Of a stretch of 64,000 nucleotides of DNA, positions 26,504 through 37,189 are shown piece after piece. Every line of letters begins with the position of its first letter. The stretch's first letter is position 1. Below the pieces are notes generated by a model. That model was not told where the DNA came from. It searched no databases and was given only the letters and a program-made list of their open reading frames with translations. The stretch lies in assembly GCA_964588955.1 (NCBI GenBank), contig CAZPQJ010000002.1, positions 58,078 through 122,077 of the forward strand, read 5' to 3'. Both the position numbers and the translations under genes were made by a program. Origin of the DNA: an uncultured Gammaproteobacteria bacterium. Its GTDB lineage: Bacteria > Patescibacteriota > Patescibacteriia > UBA9934 > CAMTUG01.

Positions 26504-29443
26504 ATGTCTTACGACTACATCAAACCTACATCCCACTGGAAACAGAGCAAGCGTCGTTTCCGTCTGCGTTTACCATTCAAACTCCGTAAAGGTTTTTGGA
26601 AAACAGCTCTCCTTGCCTGTCTGGTTCTTATTGGCGCCGGTTCCCTCTTTGCCCTTGCCGCGTTCGCCTGGGTTAGCCGTGATTTGCCAAATCCGGACGC
26701 TCTTCTCTCCCGCGACGTCGCTCAATCCACCAAAATCTACGACCGCACCGGCGAGCATCTGCTCTACGAAATCCACGGCAACAAAAATCGTACGCTCGTG
26801 AAACTCGAGGAAATTCCAGACATCGTCAAGCAAGCGACTATTTCTGTTGAAGACCAACAATTCTACAAACACAAGGGGTTTAACCCGGTGCGTGTGGTAG
26901 AAGGAATTGTTTGGGGAATGATCACCAAAGGCCGTCCACAGGGAGGATCCACCATTACCCAACAGCTGGTAAAAAACGCCATTTTAACCAACGAACGTTC
27001 GATTACGCGCAAAATTAAAGAGCTTATTCTCTCCATCGCCATTGAACAGCATTTCACCAAAGACCAAATCCTGCAGCTTTATTTGAATGAAATTCCTTAC
27101 GGTTCTACCAACTACGGCGTGGAGGCAGCATCCGAAGCCTACTTCGGCAAATCAGTAAAAGACATTACCCTCGCCGAGGCAGCAACGCTCGCCGCTCTAC
27201 CGAAAGCGCCGAGCACGTATTTAAATAACCCAGACAAACTCGACGCCCGTCGTGACGTGGTGCTTAAACTGATGTTCGACGAAGGATACATAACCGAGGA
27301 ACAAAAAAACGCCGCCCAGGCGGAAACGATCACCTTGCGCCAAGACGCCCTCGCCGAAGGCGCGACCGATCTTGCGTCTCCGCTGCATTTTGTATTCTAT
27401 GTCAAACAACTGTTGGAAGAACAATACGGCTTTGACGAACGCCAAGTGGAAGAAGGCGGCTTAAGCGTTATCACCACGCTCGATTACGACAAACAGCTGG
27501 CGGCGGAACAAGCTGTGAAAGATGGCGTTACGAATAAAGGCGACGCCTACAACTTCCACGACGGCGCTTTGGTGGCGCTTGATCCCAAAACCGGTCAGGT
27601 GCTCTCTATGGTCGGCTCACCAGACTATTTTAACGAAGAAATAGACGGCGCCATCAACATGGCCATCCAGCCGATCCAGCCAGGGTCGTCGTTCAAGCCG
27701 TTTGTATATGCTGCCGGATTCCTGAATGGTTACACCCCCAACTCCATTTTGTACGACGTGATCACTACCTTTAAAACCGAAGTTAGCGACTACACTCCCC
27801 ACAACTATCACTACGACCAAGAGCTCGGTCCCATGACCATTCGCAAGGCGTTGCAAGGCTCGCTCAACATTCCGGCTGTGAAGATGATCATGTTGGTTGG
27901 ACTCGATAAGGTGTTGGACTTTGCTGAGTCGCTGGGGTACACCACCTTCACGGATCGTAGCCAATTTGGTCCGTCGATTGTGCTTGGCGGCGGCGAAGTA
28001 AAACTGATTGAACACACCGCTGCGTATGGGGCGTTGGCAAACGAAGGCGTGCTCATGCCGACCGTCACTGTCCTTAACGTAAAAGATGCCGATGGCAATT
28101 CTTTGTACGAATGGAAGCAAGACGCAGGCAAACAAGTGATCGATCAAAATGTCACGCGAGAAGTGAGTAACGTGCTGAGTGACAACGACTCCCGCGCCTA
28201 TATTTTCGGCGCCAGCAATCATCTCACCTTGTCTGACCGCGCCGTGGCAGCAAAAACAGGCACCACCAACGACAACCACGCGGCCCTCACCATGGGCTAT
28301 ACTCCGTCGCTTGTGACAGGAGTCTGGGTTGGTAACGCCGACTACTCCGCTATGGTGGCCGGAGCTGATGGATCTGTCGTCGCCGCCCCCATTTGGCAAC
28401 AGTTCATGCAAAAGGCTTTGGAAGGCACCCCAGCCGAATCTTTCACCGCTCCAGAGATTCCCGTCACGGGCAAAGCCATTTTGGACGGCACCATTCCAAG
28501 CGAAACAGTCATCATCGACAAATCTACGGGGAAGTTGGCAACAGACCAAACACCAGAATCGATGAAAGAATCTCTCTCTTGCGGAGAGTATCACTCCGAG
28601 TTGTACTACATTAACCCCAGCGATCCACTTGGTGCTGAGCCGGGGGATCAACCAGACAACGCCCAGTTTGTAAGCTGGGAGGCGGCGGTCAAAGGCTGGG
28701 CCGAACGCTTGCAAACCACCGATCCCACCAAGCTCCCGTTCGAGCCGTGTTCGGTTCCAACCGAAGAAGATGATGTTCACGTCAAAGCCAATCGCCCCGG
28801 CGTCGACATCACTTCTCCCAACAACAAAGCCACCATCGACAGCCGTTCGTTCATGGTAGAAGTCAGTGCCACGGCTAAGCGCGGCATCTCCCGCATCGAA
28901 TACGCTATTGACGACAAGCTCGTCAAATCTTCCACTTCAGACACCGGCACAACCCTCAATCTTCCTAACTGGGTGGGGCTTGGCAAACACACCCTCACTG
29001 CCACCGCCTTCGACGACGTCGACAACAACGCTTCTGACGACATCACGATCACCATTACCGCTGAGCCCACAGGAGCGTCGGTCGAAGTGATTGATCCGGT
29101 CAACAACCAGACAATTGAAAAGGCCGCGCCAACCTACCAAGTGGTGGTGCAGTCTTCCGACCCATCCGCCGTGGGCAAGCTCGAGCTCTACGTCCAGCCC
29201 CTGCGTGGCGGCTCGGCCGAACTGGTGGGCTCTGTCGACGACGTTTCTACCACCTTCACCACCTTCACCTGGACACTCCCTGCCGAAGCGGACTATCTCC
29301 TCTTCGCCAAAGCCCTCGACGAAAACAGTAACGAAATTGACTCCAGTCAAGTCGAAGTATCGGTTAAAGATCCCGCCAGTGCCAACACGAATTTGAATCT
29401 CACAACAGGCCAAACAACGACCGACGTTGTCGTAACGCCCTAG
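26504..29443 (+). CDS. Penicillin-binding protein 1A (bifunctional GT51 transglycosylase / transpeptidase) with a C-terminal Ig-like extension.
   Basis: N-terminal TM. GT51 motifs EDQQFYKHKGF…RPQGGSTITQQLVKN. Transpeptidase SSFKPFVYAAG (SXXK), SLN and KTGTT. ~250-aa Thr-rich C-terminal tail. Confidence 0.9.
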   Translation: MSYDYIKPTSHWKQSKRRFRLRLPFKLRKGFWKTALLACLVLIGAGSLFALAAFAWVSRDLPNPDALLSRDVAQSTKIYDRTGEHLLYEIHGNKNRTLVKLEEIPDIVKQATISVEDQQFYKHKGFNPVRVVEGIVWGMITKGRPQGGSTITQQLVKNAILTNERSITRKIKELILSIAIEQHFTKDQILQLYLNEIPYGSTNYGVEAASEAYFGKSVKDITLAEAATLAALPKAPSTYLNNPDKLDARRDVVLKLMFDEGYITEEQKNAAQAETITLRQDALAEGATDLASPLHFVFYVKQLLEEQYGFDERQVEEGGLSVITTLDYDKQLAAEQAVKDGVTNKGDAYNFHDGALVALDPKTGQVLSMVGSPDYFNEEIDGAINMAIQPIQPGSSFKPFVYAAGFLNGYTPNSILYDVITTFKTEVSDYTPHNYHYDQELGPMTIRKALQGSLNIPAVKMIMLVGLDKVLDFAESLGYTTFTDRSQFGPSIVLGGGEVKLIEHTAAYGALANEGVLMPTVTVLNVKDADGNSLYEWKQDAGKQVIDQNVTREVSNVLSDNDSRAYIFGASNHLTLSDRAVAAKTGTTNDNHAALTMGYTPSLVTGVWVGNADYSAMVAGADGSVVAAPIWQQFMQKALEGTPAESFTAPEIPVTGKAILDGTIPSETVIIDKSTGKLATDQTPESMKESLSCGEYHSELYYINPSDPLGAEPGDQPDNAQFVSWEAAVKGWAERLQTTDPTKLPFEPCSVPTEEDDVHVKANRPGVDITSPNNKATIDSRSFMVEVSATAKRGISRIEYAIDDKLVKSSTSDTGTTLNLPNWVGLGKHTLTATAFDDVDNNASDDITITITAEPTGASVEVIDPVNNQTIEKAAPTYQVVVQSSDPSAVGKLELYVQPLRGGSAELVGSVDDVSTTFTTFTWTLPAEADYLLFAKALDENSNEIDSSQVEVSVKDPASANTNLNLTTGQTTTDVVVTP

Positions 29444-29454
29444 GTGATCGCGAT

Positions 29455-29495
29455 CTTGGATAATAAACCCGTCTCTTCTGGCGGGTTTATTATCG
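29455..29495. terminator. Bidirectional terminator (ataataaacccg-tctcttctgg-cgggtttattat).
   Basis: 12-bp perfect stem between convergent PBP1A and livF. Confidence 0.6.
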
Positions 29496-30197
29496 TAAAT
29501 AAGCCCGCTCCATCACCTCTGGTCGGCCAAGTTCTTCGGAGGAAGCACTGAGGCGGATTTGGCCGTTGGCCAATAGGTACCCGCGGTCGGCGTAGCGCAG
29601 GACAAGGCGGACATTTTGTTCCACGCACAGAATGGTGATACCAGAGGCTTGTAGTTCTTTGAGTTTTTGAAAGACTTCGGTTTGGAGGATTGGAGAAAGT
29701 CCCAACGAAGGCTCGTCGAGCATAATCATACGTGGGGACATCATGAGCGCGCGACCGATGGCCAACTGTTGTTGCTGGCCACCAGACAAGTCCCCCGCTT
29801 TGGCTTTTTGTTTCTCACGCAGCATAGGAAAACGATCGAAGACTGATTGCAAATTTGCAGCGATGACCTGTTTATCTTTCAGCAAATAAGCACCCATCAA
29901 TAAGTTCTCTTTTACGTTGAGTGACGGAAAAACGACGCGTCCTTGCGGCACATAGGCGATCCCCTCTTCGAGCAAGGCGTGCGTCGGAAATTTGGTCACA
30001 TCGCGCCCATCAAACGTGATGGCACCATCAAACACCCGTGCCAGACCGTAGACAGCTTTAAGCACAGTAGACTTTCCCGCGCCGTTTGGACCAATCAAAG
30101 CGACAAACTCTCCCGGTTCAACCGCAAGGGAGACGTTGTGCAAAATATGCGCGTCTTTGTACCCAGCGTTGACGTTAGTGATTTCCAAAATTGGCAT
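29490..30197 (-). CDS. livF: Branched-chain amino-acid ABC transporter ATP-binding protein LivF.
   Basis: Walker A GPNGAGKST, signature LSGGQQQ, ~235 aa. Confidence 0.85.
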   Translation of the reverse strand: MPILEITNVNAGYKDAHILHNVSLAVEPGEFVALIGPNGAGKSTVLKAVYGLARVFDGAITFDGRDVTKFPTHALLEEGIAYVPQGRVVFPSLNVKENLLMGAYLLKDKQVIAANLQSVFDRFPMLREKQKAKAGDLSGGQQQQLAIGRALMMSPRMIMLDEPSLGLSPILQTEVFQKLKELQASGITILCVEQNVRLVLRYADRGYLLANGQIRLSASSEELGRPEVMERAYLR

Positions 30198-30247
30198 ATG
30201 ATTCTATCGTAGGGGCAGGCCCGCGTGCCTGCCTTCATATTGTCGCG

Positions 30248-31006
30248 TTATGTTCCCAAATACGCTTCAAGAACCCGTTTGTCTAAAAGCACCGCTTCTG
30301 GTTGTCCTTGGGCCAACACAGCGCCTTGGTCCATTACAATCACCGCATCAGCCACCGAACGCACAAAGTCCATATCGTGTTCAATTACCAAAATGGTTTC
30401 TCCGCGCGCCTTCAATTCTTTGAGCAACGTTTTGAATTGATCGCGCAGCACCGGGTTCACTCCAGCCACGGGCTCGTCGAGCATCAACAGCTGGTGAGGC
30501 TTAGCCAGCGCCCGAGCAAGATCTAACAACTTTTGCTGACCATATGACAATTCGCTCGCGAGCGTCAACGGGGGCTTGTCGAGCCCGACTAGCTCAAGTA
30601 TCTCCATCATTCTCCCTTCCGCGTTTGGCGCGTCGACGGCAAATCCCGCTTTCAAAAACCGGTCGTCATTTTCGTGCATAGCCAAATAAAGATGGTCACG
30701 AACGGTCATATTCTTGAATAGTCGAACCTGCTGAAACGTGCGCGAAAGTCCTGCTCGAGCCCGACGATGGGCCGCCAAGTGTGTCAGATCGATACTAGCA
30801 AGAATAACCGACCCTTCGTCCGCCTCAACAAGACCGGAAATAAGATGAAAGACCGTGGTCTTGCCTGCACCATTCGGACCAATCAGGGCGGTGATTTGAT
30901 TGGCCACCACATCAAAAGAACATCCTTGGACAGCATGAACGCCCCCAAAGGCCTTAGACAAATTGTTTACCGAAAGAAGATGCATATTTCGCGGGGACGG
31001 GCCCAT
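30248..31006 (-). CDS. livG: Branched-chain amino-acid ABC transporter ATP-binding protein LivG. Alternative start at 30985.
   Basis: GPNGAGKTTVF…LSYGQQKLLDLARAL…LDEPVAGV. Confidence 0.85.
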   Translation of the reverse strand: MGPSPRNMHLLSVNNLSKAFGGVHAVQGCSFDVVANQITALIGPNGAGKTTVFHLISGLVEADEGSVILASIDLTHLAAHRRARAGLSRTFQQVRLFKNMTVRDHLYLAMHENDDRFLKAGFAVDAPNAEGRMMEILELVGLDKPPLTLASELSYGQQKLLDLARALAKPHQLLMLDEPVAGVNPVLRDQFKTLLKELKARGETILVIEHDMDFVRSVADAVIVMDQGAVLAQGQPEAVLLDKRVLEAYLGT

Positions 31007-31019
31007 GTGCCCACCCAAA

Positions 31020-31880
31020 TCATTCCAATTCAACCTTACCGACCAATCCTTTGGGACGATACAAAATAACCAAACCGAGGATGGAAGCAAAAATCACCTC
31101 GCGCAAAGCACCCACCAGTTCTGGTCGCAGCGGTACAAAACGAATACCCTCACGAACAGACAGCATCAACAATACACCGAGAACACTTCCTTCCAAACTC
31201 CCTAATCCACCAATCACCACATAACCAATGAATTGCACAAGTAGCGCGGCGTCGAACAGGGTGGGGTTGATATAACCCAAAAACATCGCCAAAAGCGCTC
31301 CTGCCAGACCAGAAAATAGTCCCGTAATTACGGCACTCGAAATGCGCAAACGCACAACATCCTTTCCCATTGCTACGGCAACCACTTCGTCGTCACGCAC
31401 AGCACCAAGCGCGCGGCCGAACGGGGACGAGACGATACGACGTAAGACGATATACGACGCGGCTGCAAGTAGACACGCAACGAGCAAAAATAAAAATTTG
31501 TCGTCTAACACCTCTGGACGTGGAATGTTGTTGAGCCCGAGCGCTCCCTGCGTTGCTGAGCGCCAATTCAGCAACACCGTCACAGCTACAAATCCGAACC
31601 ACAAAGTAAGAATAGCAAAAGCATCTCCACGAATCTTTTTTGAAGCATAGGCAAGAACTCCGTTCAAAATCGCTGGTACAATGAGTGCCCCGGCGATGCC
31701 GATCAAAAACGCACAGCGCGCATTGATCGTCAAAAGCGCGTAGGTATAAGCTCCGATACCCAGCAAACCCGCATGAGCAAGGGTGAATAAGCCGGTATAG
31801 CCAACCGAGATGTTATACGCTATGGTGGCGATGGAAAAAATCGCCCCAAGGGTTAAAAAGTAGATGAGATACGCGGCCAT
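31020..31880 (-). CDS. livM: Branched-chain amino-acid ABC transporter permease LivM.
   Basis: Polytopic membrane protein with LivM-type sequence (…GYTGLFTLAHAGLLGIGAYTYA…). Confidence 0.8.
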   Translation of the reverse strand: MAAYLIYFLTLGAIFSIATIAYNISVGYTGLFTLAHAGLLGIGAYTYALLTINARCAFLIGIAGALIVPAILNGVLAYASKKIRGDAFAILTLWFGFVAVTVLLNWRSATQGALGLNNIPRPEVLDDKFLFLLVACLLAAASYIVLRRIVSSPFGRALGAVRDDEVVAVAMGKDVVRLRISSAVITGLFSGLAGALLAMFLGYINPTLFDAALLVQFIGYVVIGGLGSLEGSVLGVLLMLSVREGIRFVPLRPELVGALREVIFASILGLVILYRPKGLVGKVELE

Positions 31881-31883
31881 ACA

Positions 31884-32756
31884 TTAGTGCTGTTTCTTAC
31901 CAAAGATTCCCCGTGGTCGTAAAAGAAGAAAGCCAAAAACAGCTGAAAAAATAAACAGTGTTTTGATCCCCGCCGTCCACCAAAATCCTCCAAGGTTGGC
32001 AAGGAGCGTATAAATAAGCGCCGCCGGCACAACTCCCGCCACGTTACCAAGCCCTCCCAAAATAGAGACCGAAAACGCATCAACAGCATAGCCCACCGCG
32101 AGCGGCGGATACAAATTAAACGTCAGCGCCAAAAGGATACCAGCGATAGCCGTGACGACAGAAAAAACAGCCACTACAAGCATGCGTGTACGTTTAGTAT
32201 TCACACCGACCACTTCCGCCATCTCTTCTTGATCGGAAACGGCACGAGCGGCGCGGCCAAATTTACTAAAACGCAAAAAAAGAAGGATGCCGACCACCAC
32301 AACGGCCGCTATCAAAAGCGTGGCCACAGCAACAGGAGTCGCGATAATCGGTCCGAACGCAAATGCGTGGCCGTCAAGAACCCCGTGTACAACCAGTGTT
32401 TTCGATGACCAAATCGCCAACAACACATTTTGTAAAACAACCAGAACAACCAGCGAAGCCAGCATCCCTGCTGTGCCGGTCAACGGCCGGCGACGGCGCA
32501 GACTTTCGTAAACCAAGGCATTTATGGCAACAGCAAGCAACACAGAGGCTCCAACCGCAAACAATGTGGCGCCGAACCAACCAAACCCCAGCGACAATCC
32601 AAAATAAAATAAATACCCCGCGGCCAATACCATCGCCCCCTGGGCAACGTAAAGCACCCGCGTAGTGGAATAAATAATGGTAAAAGGAATAGACAACAAC
32701 ACAAGCAATGCTCCCATGACCATCGAATTCCAAGTCAGCTGCAAATAAATATCCAT
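31884..32756 (-). CDS. livH: Branched-chain amino-acid ABC transporter permease LivH.
   Basis: Polytopic permease. Adjacent and co-oriented with livM/G/F. Confidence 0.8.
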   Translation of the reverse strand: MDIYLQLTWNSMVMGALLVLLSIPFTIIYSTTRVLYVAQGAMVLAAGYLFYFGLSLGFGWFGATLFAVGASVLLAVAINALVYESLRRRRPLTGTAGMLASLVVLVVLQNVLLAIWSSKTLVVHGVLDGHAFAFGPIIATPVAVATLLIAAVVVVGILLFLRFSKFGRAARAVSDQEEMAEVVGVNTKRTRMLVVAVFSVVTAIAGILLALTFNLYPPLAVGYAVDAFSVSILGGLGNVAGVVPAALIYTLLANLGGFWWTAGIKTLFIFSAVFGFLLLRPRGIFGKKQH

Positions 32757-32821
32757 GACCGTATTTTAGCGCAAAAGGCGAGGTGTGGCACCTCGCCTTT
32801 TATCTGTTGTAGACTCTAGAA

Positions 32822-34030
32822 CTACGGAGTGACAACTTTAACTTGGGAGAACTTGCTTCCTGATGCTTTCTTGACCACATAGGAAGTCATGACGTCGCCG
32901 TTGGCGTCGAAACTAATAGTTCCGAGAGCGCCATTCCAGTTTTTGAGATTGGAGAGATAGTTGGCCACTTTAGTAGTGTCGTAACCCACGGCCTTAATCG
33001 CCTCGACAATTAAGTAGACGCTTGAATAACCACCAGCACTAAAGAATGGGAACTCCGGTGCTTTGCCCGCCTTGGCTTCGTAGGCAGCGAGGAAGGCGGC
33101 GGCTTTTGCAGACGTTTGATCGTAATACGCTTCGATGGCAGTTAGACCCTCCAAGTCCACAGGGTTTTCCGCAAGGACACTGTCGCTCGCCAACACCTCG
33201 GCGGTCAAAATAGGTGTTTTGAGACTAGCCGCGGTCAGTTGTTTAATGACCAGAATTCCCGAAGATGGGCTTTGTGGAATAACGTAAATGACATCCGGAG
33301 CTTTATTCTTGGTTTTCAACACCTGCGCAGTAAAGTCTTTGTCGCCGGTAGCAAACCCTTCGTCGGCCACGACTTCTCCACCGAGTGAAGTAAATGTTTC
33401 TTTAAAGGTTTTTTCCAAGCCCTGGGCGTAATCAGTGGTTTCGTAGATAACAGCCGCGGTCTTGGCGCCCATGTCGTTAAAGGCGTACTTGGCGGCGACA
33501 GCCCCAGCAAGCGCATCCGAAGGGGCGGTGCGGAACACATACGCTCCCGCATCGGTGATAGACGGGCTTGTTGCTGAAGGAGAAATGCTCAAGACCTGTT
33601 TTTCTTGCGCTAACGGGGTAAATCCAAGCGTTTCCCCAGAACAGGAGCCGCCAATAATATATTTCACCGCGTCCACGTTAATGAGTTTATTTCCGGCAGA
33701 AGCTCCCCCTTCTGGAGTACACTTTCCATCTTCAATGTCGAGTTGAATTTTGGCTCCATCAACCCCTCCCGCAGCGTTGATTTCATCAACCGCCAGCTGC
33801 ACACCAACGAGCTCGTTGTCGCCATACACTGAAGCGTCGCCGGAAAACGGCATGATTACCCCGAGTTTCAGCACGCCTCCCGGAATCTCTTCCTTCGTAA
33901 CCACAGGGGTTCCGGTGTCATCGTTAACAACCTCTTCCTTTTCCCCCTTCTGTATCCAATACAACACCCCGACCACAACAAGAACAAGAACAACGGCCCA
34001 AACGAATCCTTTTCCTTTTTGGTTCTCCAT
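32822..34030 (-). CDS. livK: Branched-chain amino-acid ABC transporter substrate-binding protein (LivK/LivJ family).
   Basis: N-terminal TM/signal. Type-I periplasmic-binding fold sequence (…LGVIMPFSGDASVYG…AVKYIIGGSCSGETL…). Confidence 0.8.
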   Translation of the reverse strand: MENQKGKGFVWAVVLVLVVVGVLYWIQKGEKEEVVNDDTGTPVVTKEEIPGGVLKLGVIMPFSGDASVYGDNELVGVQLAVDEINAAGGVDGAKIQLDIEDGKCTPEGGASAGNKLINVDAVKYIIGGSCSGETLGFTPLAQEKQVLSISPSATSPSITDAGAYVFRTAPSDALAGAVAAKYAFNDMGAKTAAVIYETTDYAQGLEKTFKETFTSLGGEVVADEGFATGDKDFTAQVLKTKNKAPDVIYVIPQSPSSGILVIKQLTAASLKTPILTAEVLASDSVLAENPVDLEGLTAIEAYYDQTSAKAAAFLAAYEAKAGKAPEFPFFSAGGYSSVYLIVEAIKAVGYDTTKVANYLSNLKNWNGALGTISFDANGDVMTSYVVKKASGSKFSQVKVVTP

Positions 34031-34215
34031 AGCAGGTCATGCTAGTGAATTAGTCCCGCGGATGTGGCGCTTTGCCGCAGGGAATGATGAGAAAATAGTA
34101 AGCCCGTAACGCTTTGCCGTCAAACCGATCTTTCGCCAAGTTTTGGGTCTATCCCCTTTCTCCTAGTGAAGCCGGCAACCGTCAACACCCCTTGTCACAA
34201 ACAAGATGCCGGGGC

Positions 34216-35358
34216 CTATTGTTTAATCGGCATGACAATATAAAGGTAGCCAGACTTTCCTGCCTCAGTTTTAGGAGTAACAAGACACGGATTCATCGCG
34301 TCGATCATTTGGACGTTCACCTCGGGTGAGCCGCAGGCAGAGAGCCCATCAAGCAAGTAACGATAATTGACGGTTACGGCGTTGTCGTCTCCGGAAATGT
34401 CTGCCGGACAAACGACGACGTTTTCCCCGCGTGCCGTATCTGCGCCCTTAACCGTAATCGATTTGTCTTTGGCCGAAAGCTCCAGCTTCACATCAAACAA
34501 GCCTGTGCGCGAAAACAAACTGGCGGTTTTGACAGCCTTCGAAAGTGCGTTTGCTTCCACCACCGCTTCGGTTTTGAACGCGGTAGGGACAATTTGGCGG
34601 TAGTCTGGATAACGCCCGTCAATCGTACGACTCATGAGTTCCACAGAACCGATGCGCACCAGCATTTGATTGTCTGCCAAAACAAACTCCACCACTTCTG
34701 GCGAATCTACATCGTCTTTAGAAACAGAAATGATTCGACCAACCTCAGAAAGGGTACGCGCTGGGATAATGACCGTGCGCGGATCGCTGGGGCCTGTTGC
34801 GTCCACGAGACGCTCGGCCAAACGATAGCTGTCTGTGGCTGCCAACGTTGCCTTTCCGGCTCCGGCCGAAGGGTCGTTAAACTTCACACAGACGCCGGAA
34901 AGCTCTGGGCGCGCCTCGTTAGCGGCTACAGCGAATAAAACCTGCCCAATCGCCTGGCGTAGACCTTCCGCGGGGAGTTTGAAAGAGACCCCCTCGGCAA
35001 CGGGCGGCACCAAAGGAAACTCAGAGGCCGGCAAGCCATTCATTTTGGTGGAGTGTCCGCCACAACGCACATGAAGGATTCGGTCCACAACATGCAGGTC
35101 CACCTGTTCGCTTGGCAGTAAAGAAACGTAATCAAAAAACAGCTTGGCGGGAACAGTGAATTCACCGTCCTCATCAACCTTCCCCCGCACCAAACAGGAG
35201 CTAGCAATCTCAAGATTGGTCGCTGTTAATTTCAACGATCCGTCGGATGCCTTTAATAAGACATTTCCCAGAATAGGAAGATCGACGTTTTTTCCTCCTG
35301 AGTGGCTGGTGATGGACAGACCTCGATAGAGGTTATCCCTCGTGCAAGACAGCTTCAC
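34216..35358 (-). CDS. dnaN: DNA polymerase III beta sliding clamp.
   Basis: MKLSCTRDNLYRGLSITSHS…, ~380 aa with three-domain repeat architecture. Immediately downstream of dnaA. Confidence 0.9.
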   Translation of the reverse strand: MKLSCTRDNLYRGLSITSHSGGKNVDLPILGNVLLKASDGSLKLTATNLEIASSCLVRGKVDEDGEFTVPAKLFFDYVSLLPSEQVDLHVVDRILHVRCGGHSTKMNGLPASEFPLVPPVAEGVSFKLPAEGLRQAIGQVLFAVAANEARPELSGVCVKFNDPSAGAGKATLAATDSYRLAERLVDATGPSDPRTVIIPARTLSEVGRIISVSKDDVDSPEVVEFVLADNQMLVRIGSVELMSRTIDGRYPDYRQIVPTAFKTEAVVEANALSKAVKTASLFSRTGLFDVKLELSAKDKSITVKGADTARGENVVVCPADISGDDNAVTVNYRYLLDGLSACGSPEVNVQMIDAMNPCLVTPKTEAGKSGYLYIVMPIKQ

Positions 35359-35621
35359 AGGTTGTTATGTTTAGAAGTAAAAGGGAACCGTAACCGGTAT
35401 TAGTGATGTGGATAGCGGGGACAACTTTTTTTCTTGGCTCTAGATAGCGACGAATGAAGGTGTAGCGCTGTGGGGATCCCGTGCGGATGAAGGGGGAAGA
35501 AGCGTGGGTAAGTCGAAGGGGTTATTACGGTACGGAATTTGTAGGCGGTTCACCCACGATTTTTACACAGGCTTTTCCACGGCGATCGCGGGGTGTGTAT
35601 GGCGTGTGGAGAAGGGTGTGA

Positions 35622-37034
35622 TTAAAGAGCAAAGAGGCGTTGTTTGATGAGTTCAATATCGCGTTGTAATTTCTCGTCGACCGAGAGGACGCCGCGAATT
35701 TTGTCATGGGCGTGCATCGCTGTTGTGTGGTCTCTCCCGCCAAGTTCGGCGCCGATGGAGGGGAAGGAGGACTTCATCTCGTCGCGCATGAGGAACATAA
35801 TGATCTGGCGAGGGAAAGCCAGGCGCTTTTCTCGGCTTTTACCCAGCAAATCTTCCACGGCCAAATCATAGTAGGAAGCCACCGTAGTAATCAGTTGGCG
35901 GGGGGTGATGGACTTTTTCATCTGCGCCGGCTGATAGCTCACCAAAATAGGGGTAATGCTTTCTTCGCTCGGTTCCACGTTTTTGAACTGGTGATAGGCG
36001 ATGACTTTGGTCAAAGCTCCTTCGAGTTCGCGCACGTTCGATTGAATGGCGTTAGCGATAAAGTACAGCAAATCGCGGTTGAGCGGGTAGGATTTTTCAT
36101 TGCACTTTGATTCAAGAATGGCCATGCGCGTTTCCACGTCTGGGGCGCCAACATCGGCCATCATCCCCGACTCAAAGCGGGAAAGGAGACGGTTTTCCAG
36201 GGCGGGAATAGCTTTTGGGGGGCGGTCAGAGGAGATAACAATCTGTTTGTCGCGTTCTCGAAGCGCATTAAAGGTGTGAAAAAATTCCTCTTGCGTGCGT
36301 TCTTTACTAGTGATGAATTGGATATCGTCAATCAACAGGACATCGATGTTGCGATAGCGATCTTTGAATTCGTGGGCTAAACCGTTACGCACCGAACTAA
36401 TAAATTCATTTGTAAATCGCTCGCAGGAGACGTAACGGATGCGCGCCCCTGGGTTTTTGCTCAAAACGTGGTTGCCAATGGCGTGTAAAAGGTGGGTTTT
36501 TCCAAGCCCTACCCCCCCGTAAACAAACAAGGGGTTGTAGGCTGTGCCCGGTTGGGCGGCCACGGCCTGGCTCGCCGCGTGAGCAAGCTCATTATGTTTT
36601 CCTACAACGAAGGTAGAGAAAGTGTGGCGTGGGTTGAGAGGAGAGTCTGCCTGGTTGAAATCTTGCGAAACACTATTACTCTGAGCAAAGACAGGCTCGT
36701 TAACGAATTCTTGGACAGAAGGTTCCTCGACGCTAGTTTGAGGTGCTCCAAATTGAACAGGTGTTGCCTCTGGCGCACGCGTTTCGACCCGGTAAACGAT
36801 CGATTTCATACCGTTTCCGGTAATGTTTTGCAAAGAAGCAAAGATTTCTTTGTGGTATTTTTTCTCGAGCCAGGTTTTCGTAAAAGCGTTGGGAACGGCT
36901 ACCACAAGGTCTCCCCCGTCGAAGGAAGCGATAAAAGTACTCTTAAACCACGTGGTGAAGTTGGCTTTTGAAAGCTTCAACTCCATTTCTCCGAGCGCGG
37001 CCTGCCAAAGTTCATTGGTGTTCATAACCAGCAT
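35622..37034 (-). CDS. dnaA: Chromosomal replication initiator protein DnaA.
   Basis: AAA+ Walker A GGVGLGKTHLLHAIG, sensor motifs and a C-terminal DNA-binding domain (…MFLMRDEM…). Confidence 0.95.
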   Translation of the reverse strand: MLVMNTNELWQAALGEMELKLSKANFTTWFKSTFIASFDGGDLVVAVPNAFTKTWLEKKYHKEIFASLQNITGNGMKSIVYRVETRAPEATPVQFGAPQTSVEEPSVQEFVNEPVFAQSNSVSQDFNQADSPLNPRHTFSTFVVGKHNELAHAASQAVAAQPGTAYNPLFVYGGVGLGKTHLLHAIGNHVLSKNPGARIRYVSCERFTNEFISSVRNGLAHEFKDRYRNIDVLLIDDIQFITSKERTQEEFFHTFNALRERDKQIVISSDRPPKAIPALENRLLSRFESGMMADVGAPDVETRMAILESKCNEKSYPLNRDLLYFIANAIQSNVRELEGALTKVIAYHQFKNVEPSEESITPILVSYQPAQMKKSITPRQLITTVASYYDLAVEDLLGKSREKRLAFPRQIIMFLMRDEMKSSFPSIGAELGGRDHTTAMHAHDKIRGVLSVDEKLQRDIELIKQRLFAL

Positions 37035-37189
37035 GGAAAGTTAGGAACGTTGTGCCGGGCATCATAACCTATTTATCCACAACCCCGCAAGAGTTGGAAC
37101 GGTGCATGCACAGCCCAGTAGGGTGTTGATTTAATGTGGATAGTTGGTGTATAATGCTTCTACCTCTGATTTATAAGACATGAACCGAT
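37035..37189. promoter_or_regulatory. dnaA-rpmH divergent intergenic region with DnaA boxes (candidate oriC or dnaA promoter region).
   Basis: Perfect TTATCCACA at 37073-37081 and tgtggatag (1 mismatch, opposite strand) at 37135-37142. TATAAT at ~37149 serves rpmH. A further box tgtggatag lies at 35407-35415 between dnaA and dnaN. Confidence 0.5.

Noticed and set aside
27617-28780. 387-aa minus-strand ORF inside PBP1A.
   Set aside because: Antisense to an unambiguous PBP1A with intact catalytic motifs.
35706-36110. Plus-strand ORFs antisense to dnaA.
   Set aside because: dnaA identity is unambiguous, with the AAA+ Walker A and a DNA-binding C-terminus.
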